Under the pieces are notes generated by a model. The model saw only the letters and a program-made list of their open reading frames with translations, was not told the DNA's origin and searched no databases. Positions 9,928 through 19,830 of a DNA stretch of 37,654 nt are shown piece after piece. Made by a program: the position numbers and the translations under genes. The DNA is from Nemertoderma westbladi (lineage: Eukaryota > Animalia > Xenacoelomorpha), in NCBI GenBank assembly GCA_032718475.1, contig JAUCBJ010008286.1:1-37654 (forward strand), given 5' to 3'. Every line of letters starts with the position of its first letter. The first letter of the stretch is position 1.

Positions 9928-12900
9928 TTGCGGTATTTATTAGATAACAGGATTCGTTGGCATCGGAGAATTCGTCTGTATAGAATCCTTCCCACTCAGA
10001 ACCTTGGTCAGTGTCGTTCACATCACTGAATTGGACATGTAGTTCGGGCTCACTTACCTGACTCGGGTTGTCTCGTTCGAACTCACTGTGTAACAAAATG
10101 TGATGTTTCGCGCCACACTTTGCACACTTTGCGTCGGAGTAACAGGTTCGCCGTTGGTGTCCTGATCTGAGGCAATTATAGCATAACCGCTTATTCCACA
10201 GGACTGTACGTCTGTCTACAGGGGATTTCTTTAGAAATTCAGCACACGCACTCAAACGGTGAGGCCCGTCGCACAGCGCACATTTTGGTTTGATGTTACT
10301 CACCTTAACTTGGTTAACGTTATGCACTCTCGTTCTTTCTTCGGGCTTTCTTCCATGAATTCTCTTAGGAGACGTAGGAGGAGTTGTTGTTACCTGTTCT
10401 CTCCTGTCACTGGTTCGAGACTTGTATTTACTTACGTCTTTATAGGTCTTGTTGTCATAGTAAGATTTTGCTGTGTCTTTCCCGCTGTCCTCTTCTTGAG
10501 AAGCTTGGCTTTCGCCGTCGTCAGTATAACACACTGGTATTATCCTTCTCCTAGAATCGGGTTTCTCACTTACCTTATTTTCCGATGTTTTCTCTCTGGC
10601 CTGCCTTATGAGTTGTAATTTTACTTCACTATCTAAGAAAGACATGAGATCAGCCATGGTTGGACTTCGTCGTTGTTGTTCATTCATGTACAACACTTTC
10701 TTGTCCCAGCGTGTACATACTCCACCCTTTGGTAAAGTAGAGACTACGGCTCCAATAACCATGGAACTCTGGTATTCGTGCGACTTACCTAACCAGTCCA
10801 GTTGTCTACAGATCTCTTGTATTTCATCGGAAAACTCTATAATCCCACTACTAAGGAAGTGTCGGGGGGCTACTAATTTTGTATACAAATACTTAGCTAT
10901 GTTATCTTTGTTACCATACCTGATGTTTAATGTATCCCAAACTTGTCTTAATCCATCTGGATGTCCAATAAACTTTAACGCCATTAACTTGGGAGGTCCT
11001 TCCAAACACTTGATGAGGAATCTAAGTTTCTCTCCGTTAGATAGTACAGAGTTCTGTATGCTATCTTTGTAATATTCGTTGAAAGGTAACCATTTCATCT
11101 CATCTCCATTGAATTTGACGATCTCTCCCACTTTGACCGCTTGGCGGGCTTCTGTTCTAGCCATCTGACGCGTAAAGCTTTCTTGGGCCATCGTGTTATT
11201 TAATATCGAATTATCGGTATACAAATTTCTCGGATCATTATCAGGTCTATAGGGAATATCATTAATAACAGGTCTATAATCACCCTTAATAGGGTTTGCT
11301 ATAGGAGTTTCAACTTCACTAGCAGTATAGATGCGTGTAGGCTCCACACCTTGCGCATGTAATACTTCAGACCTAACGGGTTGACACAATGTTACAGGAG
11401 GCATTGGTATGCCTTTTTGTATATTGACTAATTTGTCGCGTTCTAGCGCGATACTTTGCTGCACTTCTTGCAACTCTGCTCTACCTTCCCTCACTGTTCC
11501 CTTAAGTTGGTGGACAGTCTCCTGCATCTGTCCTAGCAGGAGATTCATCCCCCGCCGTCCCTCTTCCACCCACTCAACCGCCGAAGCGGGAGTCGCCAAC
11601 ATAGTAGCGGGCTGACGCGGGACGACGGGAGACAAATTATTGATTTCTCTCTCTGCTATCTGGACAGGGGTATTTGCATGGACTGTTCCACCGGGTACAG
11701 GCAGTGTAGTGCTATGTAAAGGGAATTTAGAGTTAAGCTCTGGAAGTGTAGGGGTCTCTAGCACAGAAGTGACTTTGGGAACTACAGGCCTAATTATTTC
11801 AGGTTCATCGACTATAGTAGGGAGTCTTTTGACCTGGATAAATTGTTCTATGGGTTCTGCACTACCTAAATCCGTGCTAGTTAGCTGTCTTTTAACAGCT
11901 GGGGGCAAATCAGGCAATTTGCGACGGTAATAGGTTTTTCTACGCCTACTTAGATGGGATCTATTTCCTCCGCCTTCAGGGTCGGTAGTATCGCCTTCCT
12001 CCGAGGATGTGTACCCCTGGCGCTTGGGAGTAGATTTTCTCATCATCTGCATTTGATTAGCAGTAAACTGTTTATTTATACTGTCTTGTGTCTCTTGCAG
12101 ATTCTCCAACTCCAGTTGGGTAGTCTGCTCAAATGCTCTCCTTTCTGCTTCTGCCACTGCCTTTGCCACCTTGGCTTCTGCTTCTGCATCTGCCGCCGCT
12201 GCCTTTCTTTCTGCTTCTGCATCTGCCGAAGCCGCCGCCTTTGCTGCTTTTCTTTCTGCTTCTACTTCTGCCGCCGCTGCCTTTCTTTCTACTTCTGCTT
12301 CTGCCATAGCCGCCGCCATAGCCGCCGCCTTTTGTTCCTCTATCCTTCTTTTCTTTATTTGTTCTTCTCGGACCCTAGTGAGGCGGAGTTTTTCATCACA
12401 TTCAGCTTGGTTTGCAGCTAACATTTCGGCATCGATCGAGTCCAATATAAGCTTGGTTCCTTCACTATTAGGGGAAAGTCCATGCAGCCGTCTCCTCAAC
12501 TCTTCGTCTCCTAGGAATCGCTGATAGTCGGACAAATAAATGTCGATAGCGTCTCTAGTTCGCGGTTTCTCGGCGGCCTCTTCGCTTTCCGCTTGAGAAA
12601 GGGTGACATCAGTTTGTTCTTCACAAGTTGATCTCTCAGCCAGCTGGGATTTCCACGTGGCCGTTTCCTGTACTTTGAGATCTACCCGATGTAACCAAGT
12701 TTTGACAGCAACCTGCAGCGACGTGTCCTGTCTTCTTTTGGAAGTTTCCTCAAAGGCTGAGAGGATTAGTCGAATGCGTAGGGTTCTTTCACGTACTTGG
12801 TATAGCAGCTCTTCCTGCTCTTGAGGTCCTTGAAGTTGTCGAAACAGTTGTTCTTCCAAGCGCTCCAAGGAGCCGAAGAATCCCTGCACATATCCTGCTG

Positions 12901-13501
12901 CCGACCTCTTCCAAACAGCTGGATCCATTGTATCTTTTGCCACTCCCATCCTGTGTATTTCTTCCCAAGTAGCCTCGGACAGGTCCAACGGGAGTCCGAG
13001 TCCGGGAAAGTTCCATTGTGATTCAACAATAGATCTCAATTCTTCCCTGGCGTATCCCGCGTAATTATCTTGGGTCGCTCGCTTATTCTTCGCCCAGTCG
13101 GCTTGATGTTCCTCCACCGCAATGAATATAGTAGTTAGCACTGCAGCAGGAAGAGTAAGAAGGGGGTCCGAGTAGACTGTATCAGCCGTCTGCACTTCAT
13201 GTTCGGGAGTCAGCTCTACAGTATCCGAACTGCTGGAGCTATCGGATCGCTGGGAAGTAGGTTCTTGACCAAGATGTTGCTGCGATAGGACAACTGCCTC
13301 TTGGTCCCGTTTTACCTGTGCCCGAGTGCCTATGATGGACCTATGGTGGACTAGCCTAGGGTCTGATACTACTGGAGGGATGACCTTTTTTACAGTAGGA
13401 GGTGAGCCGAACTTCTCTCTTATTCGCTCCACACTCCTATCTGAATCACAGATAGTGGTCTCGATCAGACTGTCCGACAGGTTTTGCTGAGTGTCAGACA
13501 T
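9782..13501 (-). CDS. gag: BEL/Pao Gag (DUF1759-type capsid region, three Cys/His knuckles, Ala/Glu/Lys coiled-coil repeats)
   Basis: 1239-aa open frame. KFNGDEMKWLPF...EKLRFLIKCLEGP...LNIRYG is a BEL gag signature. Knuckles: CALCDGPHRLSAC, CYNCLRSGHQRRTC, CAKCGAKHHILLH. The last ~40 aa are out of frame after a 4-bp duplication at ~9907-9914. Confidence 0.92.
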   Translation of the reverse strand: MSDTQQNLSDSLIETTICDSDRSVERIREKFGSPPTVKKVIPPVVSDPRLVHHRSIIGTRAQVKRDQEAVVLSQQHLGQEPTSQRSDSSSSSDTVELTPEHEVQTADTVYSDPLLTLPAAVLTTIFIAVEEHQADWAKNKRATQDNYAGYAREELRSIVESQWNFPGLGLPLDLSEATWEEIHRMGVAKDTMDPAVWKRSAAGYVQGFFGSLERLEEQLFRQLQGPQEQEELLYQVRERTLRIRLILSAFEETSKRRQDTSLQVAVKTWLHRVDLKVQETATWKSQLAERSTCEEQTDVTLSQAESEEAAEKPRTRDAIDIYLSDYQRFLGDEELRRRLHGLSPNSEGTKLILDSIDAEMLAANQAECDEKLRLTRVREEQIKKRRIEEQKAAAMAAAMAEAEVERKAAAAEVEAERKAAKAAASADAEAERKAAAADAEAEAKVAKAVAEAERRAFEQTTQLELENLQETQDSINKQFTANQMQMMRKSTPKRQGYTSSEEGDTTDPEGGGNRSHLSRRRKTYYRRKLPDLPPAVKRQLTSTDLGSAEPIEQFIQVKRLPTIVDEPEIIRPVVPKVTSVLETPTLPELNSKFPLHSTTLPVPGGTVHANTPVQIAEREINNLSPVVPRQPATMLATPASAVEWVEEGRRGMNLLLGQMQETVHQLKGTVREGRAELQEVQQSIALERDKLVNIQKGIPMPPVTLCQPVRSEVLHAQGVEPTRIYTASEVETPIANPIKGDYRPVINDIPYRPDNDPRNLYTDNSILNNTMAQESFTRQMARTEARQAVKVGEIVKFNGDEMKWLPFNEYYKDSIQNSVLSNGEKLRFLIKCLEGPPKLMALKFIGHPDGLRQVWDTLNIRYGNKDNIAKYLYTKLVAPRHFLSSGIIEFSDEIQEICRQLDWLGKSHEYQSSMVIGAVVSTLPKGGVCTRWDKKVLYMNEQQRRSPTMADLMSFLDSEVKLQLIRQAREKTSENKVSEKPDSRRRIIPVCYTDDGESQASQEEDSGKDTAKSYYDNKTYKDVSKYKSRTSDRREQVTTTPPTSPKRIHGRKPEERTRVHNVNQVKVSNIKPKCALCDGPHRLSACAEFLKKSPVDRRTVLWNKRLCYNCLRSGHQRRTCYSDAKCAKCGAKHHILLHSEFERDNPSQVSEPELHVQFSDVNDTDQGSEWEGFYTDEFSDANESCYLINTASVSSTYLRKRHQRGVSPNYFRQTTILESSSFQRRNQRISCSSGKSSRS

Positions 13502-13584
13502 GTTTAGTTATACAGTTGAATGTCTACTACTATAGTTTCAGTTAAAGCAAGTCTAGTAATTCAGTATGACCGCAAGCCTAGCGA

Positions 13585-13880
13585 TTTATTACCGGTACCG
13601 TTACTCGGTGTAACGTGATATATACACAATATATTAGAATACCGGTATGCTTATAATATATAAGTATTATTACAGACTAGATTTGTCACAGAGTACCGGT
13701 ATAATTTTAGCACAAATATATATATATATAGTAGGCCTATAATGAATACCGGTATACAGCTTACACTTACAGCATGTAAGTATAATTATGAACTAGAATT
13801 AATTACAGAGTACCGGTATGATTTCAGCTCAAATTTATAGAGATAAATATAATAAGCCTATAGTAAGTACCGGTATGTCA
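13585..13880. repeat. Diverged ~120-bp tandem repeats with six TACCGGTA palindromes in the element 1 leader
   Basis: ACTAGA..ACAGAGTACCGGTAT..TTT.AGC.CAAAT...GCCTATA..TACCGGTAT is seen at ~13675 and ~13790, with additional TACCGGTA copies upstream. Confidence 0.65.
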
Positions 13881-14856
13881 ATTATTTTAGAATAATTGAA
13901 TTTCTGAATATTTTAGGGTTACTTAGTTACTTTAACTTACTTTATTACCGTTATTTAAGCAGTAGTCCAACTGATAGTGAGACCTAGTTTTTGTGTGGCA
14001 GGCCTACTATTTATAAATCGTTTGGGTTGATTTATAATATTTATATACCCGTTATATGGGTTTTTGTCAATATTTGAAATAAATGTTATTATTTCTGGGG
14101 GAGTCACTACACAGAAGCTGAACGCCTCTAAGTGAAGTGCTATTTATTTGACACTAAAACTGATAATTCTAATTTACCTAAGTTACTTAATACTACAAAT
14201 TACTTACGATACGGGTGAGATTAATTCTCTAATTAAACACAACAAAATATTACGTACGAAATTTTTAGGGTAATTTTACAGGAAGTCTACAAACCAGTCC
14301 AACAAAGGGTTAGATTTCTGGCTATTACAAAGGACAGGGTACTACGGTATTTGAAATAATAAGTAGTAGTAAATATATTGTACTGTCCAGATAGGAAAAT
14401 ACCACCGCCTGACGACCTATAACCGTATCGCTATAGGTACAACGTTATGTATCACGGATTGTTCCTACCCAGAAGTTAATAGAGCTAACGAATGTGCCTA
14501 TCAACCACTTTACAACACAAAAATACTGCCTACACTAATTACTTCGGAAGGCACTGTACTCTAAACCCTAAATTAGGTACAAGTACCGGTATAACAAATA
14601 ATCAGTAGTTAAATATACTTGAACAGTTAAAAGAACCACGGCATCTGCTGGAGTGACCGAAGCACAAAGTCGTCAGTCTTTACCTACGCCAAGCAGCCCT
14701 GATGTAGTACCGGGGTTAGTTTAACTATAACGGTATGTATAACAAGCACAATTACTGTAGGAATAAACTTGGGGACATGAATGTTGCGAATAATCGCATA
14801 AACTCTGAATAATAAATATTACGCTACCCGTACAGAATACTCAAACGAATACAAAC

Positions 14857-15325
14857 CAAAACGCTGGCTGACTACTATCAAGCCTAAACAAACTACTGTA
14901 TGTGCAGATTCTGAAACTGTTAGTCAGTATGCGTGCTAACACGGTAGTACGACTTACTCTTTAAGAGGGGATTGACCTTACCGCTTATGGCTGCCCCAAC
15001 TTACTAACGGCGCTTGATCAGACCAACTCTACACACGCAGCAATCCCTTCAGACCTACAATAGCTAGACAACAATCCAGCCCACAAATATTTGAGTAATA
15101 ACTATTACGGTACCTGAACAGACCACACAAACAAACACAGGCTAAAACACTGGCAGACTACGATCAAGCCTAAATAAACTACGGTATATGCAGACTCTGA
15201 AACTGTTAGTTAGTATGCGTTCTAACACGGTAGTACGACTTATTCTTTAAGAGGGGATTGACCTTACCGCTTATGGCTGCCCCAACTTACTAACGGCACT
15301 TTATCAGACAAACTCTACACACGCC
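14857..15325. repeat. Direct repeat pair (~180-bp conserved block, 286-bp spacing) in the element 1 leader
   Basis: CTGG..GACTAC.ATCAAGCCTAAA...CTTTAAGAGGGGATTGACCTTACCGCTTATGGCTGCCCCAACTTACTAACGGC starts at 14864 and 15150. Confidence 0.9.
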
Positions 15326-15634
15326 GTAATCTCTCCAAACCCAACCACAGTCAGACAGCAGCTCAGCCTACAATTATCTGAACAATCTGAGCAGGGTCAC
15401 ACGCCTTCTGCTCAATATTAGCCTACTAGGAAATAAAACCGACAGAAATAGGTAAAATCTCAATAAAAATTCAGGGCTGCAGTCCCTGATTAAGTACTAA
15501 GACCTACCAGTATACAATAATCAAAATCGAATAATACTAAATGTACTTGTACAGCAGTACCGGTACCGGTGATGACAGTTAGGCCTACTGACCTACAGAA
15601 GCACCGGTTCAGTTTTACCAGTCACTACGGTATT

Positions 15635-15767
15635 TTGCAACCTTATTGCTTACTGCAATAAGATTGTAAACTGTTACTGTTCGACAGAACAGTATTAAAC
15701 CGTATTTAATGCCTACACTTGCAACCTTATTGCCTACTGCAATAAGATTATAAACTGTTACTGTTCG
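15635..15767. repeat. ~49-bp hairpin-containing duplication (84-bp spacing) abutting the 5' LTR
   Basis: TTGCAACCTTATTGC(T/C)TACTGCAATAAGATT(G/A)TAAACTGTTACTGTTCG occurs at 15635 and 15719. Each copy has the stem CTTATTGC/GCAATAAG. Confidence 0.85.
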
Positions 15768-17006
15768 CGCTTTTGAAGACCTTTAGCAGTTTAACCTGCC
15801 AAAATTTATATGTCTTTTCGTTAATTAAAACCACTTTAGCATACGACAATATTTTATGCTAATACGCAAAACACTAGCCGAAATCAGCCCATGCGCGATC
15901 ATTCACCCGATGGATCTACACCCGGGAGACTGAATTCGGATGCTTAAATTTTATTATTACAGTGTAAGGTTGCAGTGTATACCTAATGTATTATTCGATA
16001 GATCGTTAATAATTAATCTCTGACAGGTATTATTGGCTTTCGGGAAATATTAACAGTTCCTTTAGGACGTGGCGCTTTATCTATTTAAACAGAACTAAGA
16101 CTTATACTAAACGCAACGATACTGCTTATGATTGAAGTATAAAGCGTATTCTTTAGGAAATACTTTGTTACCAATCACAATCATACACACTATTCTGCCG
16201 ACAGTCAGTATATTTGATCACACATAAAGAGAGCAGTAATTGACTCACGTAGGGTCTGCTAAATAACATTGGATTCAATACACACCACATTAATATAAAT
16301 CGCAATTGTTATGTATAGCCGGTCTCTCTAACCTGTAGTGTTATCAAGAAAATTGGGAATTGGGTGATTTATCCGTATTATCCAAATAGCAATATTTCCA
16401 TCAACAAATAGGTACAATTAATAACTGACAGTAAATAACAGTAAAAACAATATGATTAATGCAATTAAATTAAGTGAGCATGTTAATTAGTGATTTATTG
16501 AGTAATTAATTGAGGTAACAGTTTATACTTTCGATAATTCAAGCAGTTTACTAGAGTTCTTCCCAAAAAGGCCGGTGTTTCTGGCTTAGACAGCAATAAC
16601 AACAAAGTAACAAGTAAAACAGTAAGACAGAACACTCTCCTTATGATCGGCAGAAAAGCTACACGTCGATAGGAAAAACCGCCCTGATTGGCCCAAGCCA
16701 AACAAAGAACCACGCGTCCAATGGCTGTTTCCATGTCAGCAACCAGCTGCTAGATGTCGTAATATGAATCATCACGGCTAAGCTGTGAAAGGTAGTTGGT
16801 GCATTACAAGTTTTTTGCCTTACCATGTCCGCCAAAACACGTATATAGCAGAATGATTTTTATGTCCGTTAAAACACCTGTAAAGGTACCTTGCGGGCGA
16901 GGGGAATATATATACAGTTAGAAAACCTTTTTAGAGTATTCCAGCGCCTGGGGGAGAACTGGCCAGCAAAGGCAAACGTATCAGTTATCCCACAAAAGCT
17001 TTTACA
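15762..17006 (-). repeat. 5' LTR of element 1 (1245 bp)
   Basis: Direct copy of 4618-5861, followed by the TSD AGTGT. Confidence 0.96.
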
Positions 17007-17480
17007 AGTGTCAATAAGTTTTTCATACACATCCTTACTCCGAGTTATTATAATAAACGAGCTATAGGTCTGGTGTAGTTGTTTCGGGTTAGCAACAACC
17101 GAACCAACAGACAAATTATGCTGCGAGTTAATAAACTCCTCGACAACCGCAGCTGTTGTTTCGGGGATGAAGCGAGAAACAAAGATACGCAACTCTCGCG
17201 GCTCACGGGCAGCCGCAACTAGGCCAGGAAACTCAAAAGTACCGGTTCCAATCGGCGCCGGACGTTTCTTCCGCCTGTCAGCAGTGAAACCACCAGGGAT
17301 CGCAGCACGGGTACCAGAAGCAGGTGGAACAGGACCGTCCGATGTAGCAGGTTGCTTGGAGGGACCTCCATCGACACCGCCGCCACCCCGGCGTCGTCCT
17401 CGTAGACCACGTAGTTTAGCAGATCGAGGAAGTCGACTAGCTTCTTCACTGTCAGAAGCAGCCTGATCAGATGTACCCAC
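17007..17480 (-). pseudogene. LINE ORF1, 5' part (basic/disordered region + RRM-like domain)
   Basis: IFVSRFIPETTAAVVEEFI...YSSFII is an RRM-like ORF1 signature. The listed ORF 16869..17480 reads into the LTR after residues LIDT. Confidence 0.8.
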
Positions 17481-17542
17481 GGGCTAAGAATACTCGCGGA
17501 CTAAGAATACACACGGACTAAGAATACACACGGGCTAAGAAT
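17478..17542. repeat. 17-bp minisatellite, ~4 copies (CACGG(A/G)CTAAGAATACA)
   Basis: Units start at 17478, 17495, 17512 and 17529, directly upstream of the LINE ORF1 fragment. Confidence 0.9.
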
Positions 17543-17577
17543 TCCGGAGACCACATGGAGGTTTGAGCCAGACAGCC

Positions 17578-19518
17578 TGTTAAACAGGGGCAATCAGGAG
17601 CGCGTTATTACTGCTATTGCTAAACACAAAACTGCTTCTTACCGCTGGATTGCGCTAACCTGCCGTCCGCTAATATATTTTACTAATTTTATACGGCTCC
17701 TGCAAATCGCTTGTTCCTTTCTCCACCGATCGCTCTATAGAGAGCTAACTGTTCGAATCTATGAGCCACGCGGGAGTAACCAAAACAATAAACCCGAGAC
17801 GGCTACCTAGGCTACTTAAAACGAGTGTTAGAGGCTTACACTCAGGGTGTTCACTTATCGTCTAATCGCAATACTGGGGTTCCCTAACGGAATGTGTGAA
17901 TGTGAGAATGTTTAAATAACTCAAAGTGTGACGAAATGACCTATCGGACCGGTACTGTATGTGGGTCTAACTTGCCTTCGGCTGGCTTTAGGCCAGCAGC
18001 TTACTACTGTATACTGCTATCAGCTCGTTGCCCGCTATTTTCAAATAACCGCCCGGCGTGAATAGTTACAGTACTCCAAATAATTACTTTAACTACAGTA
18101 CTCCCCGCTATGCTGCGTACAAATTCTTAATTTTACATAATTAATTACAGTCATAAATATGAAACAGCGTACTAATTACTAATGTTCCAGAATACGCAAT
18201 TCTAATTTATTACGTACCGGGTTACACTAGCAACAGCCTAAATACCATATTAATTTGACCTAATCAGCAATTATTAATCGTAAACTAAGAAATAGAAATC
18301 AATCAAGGGAAAGGGCGCCTATCTAAATATTCACAATCAAGAATCAGGCACACTTAGCAACACACAAATCAGCGTAGCAATCAGCTAACAATACGGTACT
18401 GCGTTGACTACCAGTCAGCTAGCGCACTAAAACCACACAGTAGCGCATCAGTATATCATTATAGTATGCAATTGAAAACCTATAACTAACTCTAGTTTAC
18501 AATTAGAAATTGCAGTGACAGACATAAAGGCCTCTCCCGGCTACAGTATAGGGTTCCTAACTAACCCAAGTCCTGCCCCCTAACACTACAAATAGAGACA
18601 AAATCTGGATCGTCAGCCCCTTATCACTGTACCGGCTGCCGGCCCCCAGTCCACACTGACTAACCCCCGGCTGCAACGGTGACCCCCGGCCAGCGTTGCC
18701 CGCCTTTGAATCCTCCGCACTCCCTTCGTCGCTACCCCCCGGTGCGCCCGCCGCACCTACCGGTACCTTAGCCCTCAATTAGAACGAATAGCTACCGTAG
18801 CGGCGCATGACAAACAGTCTGACAGTCTAAAGAAAATCCCGTGGGATTATCGCATCTTAAATCACATAGAACCATTAATCAAGGGGTAGAAATCATAGTT
18901 CGAAAGTGTGATTTGCAGTAACCATTTAGATTGATTGAGAAATACAGCAAAGAATAAAGCAGAAATTACAAAATTGCATATATACATCAAACATATAGGG
19001 TCCAAAAACAAAGATTATAGATAACTGAGAATCAAAGATAGAGAATGTGGATTATCCGCGCTACCATTAGACCAACCTGGAAGCAGCTAGGCCAATAAGG
19101 AAGCCAGATTGTGAATCTAATGCCTCCCAGAATCACAAATTACTACCATATATGGTAACAGTGGCTTAATTTACTTAATTACTTTATTTAGCGGTACTAA
19201 AAGCACGGTACATACAATCTAATTTAGCGCAAATATTATGGAATTTAAAGCAAATACACGGTTAATCCTATTGATACCAATAACAGCAAGCTTACATCAA
19301 GGGTTTTATAGGAAACGTGCTACCGTAGAACTATTTATTTATATTTTATTACAAAATTACGTAGGTAGGGCTACATACTATACAAAAATGGATAAGATTC
19401 ACAAATATGGATATTTTATTCTCCTTATCTAAATATGGTTGCGCGTCATTATGGCTTATCTAAATAATTATACTGTATAACGGGCTGATAATGGTACACA
19501 GCACCATATACCGTAACA
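17578..19518 (-). repeat. Putative 3' LTR of element 2 (~1.94 kb)
   Basis: Begins TGTT and ends AACA on +. It is preceded on - by TGGAGCAG, similar to the GGGAGCGG before the element 1 3' LTR, and is non-coding. No second copy is available, so the ends are inferred. Confidence 0.45.
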
Positions 19519-19679
19519 CTGCTCCAAGGGAAACAAGCAATGTTTCCCTCCAATTGTAGAAGAATATAGGGCGATGTAAACAAACAAAATAAAAATTACC
19601 TTCAAATAATCTAAATACTTGGTCTTATAATAGTTCTAATATTTACAAATATTGCCATAGATATTGCATAATGGTTTTA

Positions 19680-19830
19680 CATACAAATCAAATTTACAAA
19701 ATATTATCTCTCTCACTGTATAATGATTACTAAATACAAATTAAATTTACAAAAATATTGCTTTCTCTTACTACATAATGATTACTACATACAAATTAAA
19801 TTTACAAAAATATTGCTCTTTCATTTACAA
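19680..19830. repeat. Three AT-rich ~54-bp repeats (TACAAAT.AAATTTACAAAA.ATT) in the element 2 3' UTR
   Basis: Copies at ~19682, ~19734 and ~19790. Confidence 0.7.

Larger units (their letters stand above)
4618..17006 (-). mobile_element. BEL/Pao LTR retrotransposon 1, non-autonomous (gag + protease, RT/IN deleted, decayed accessory ORF)
   Basis: Two 1.24-kb direct repeats with TG...CA ends, a perfect 5-bp TSD AGTGT at 4613-4617 and 17007-17011, and BEL-type gag and protease inside. Confidence 0.96.
1310..17577 (-). mobile_element. Non-LTR retrotransposon (LINE, APE+RT type, CR1/L2-related or similar clade), interrupted by BEL/Pao element 1
   Basis: ORF1 halves lie at 17007-17480 and 4547-4612, and ORF2 at 1584-4393. 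An AT-rich 3' UTR ends in a (TAAA)n tail at ~1310-1321. The 5' boundary is uncertain and the clade cannot be resolved by eye. Confidence 0.85.

Noticed and set aside
9900-9930. Programmed gag-pol ribosomal frameshift in element 1
   Set aside because: A 4-bp duplication (ACTTACTTAC) explains the shift, and removing it gives STYEKDINEE in frame. BEL/Pao elements normally have a single gag-pol frame.
9721-13029. Several plus-strand and alternate-frame ORFs overlapping gag
   Set aside because: They are antisense or shadow frames of the long gag ORF and its low-complexity repeats.
16869-17006. C-terminal 45 aa of ORF 16869..17480
   Set aside because: This is chimeric read-through into the LTR. 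The true ORF1 end is at 4547-4612.
18557-18778. 73-aa Gly/Ala-rich ORF in the putative element 2 LTR
   Set aside because: It is a short GC-rich island that is stop-poor by composition, with a non-ATG start and no domain.
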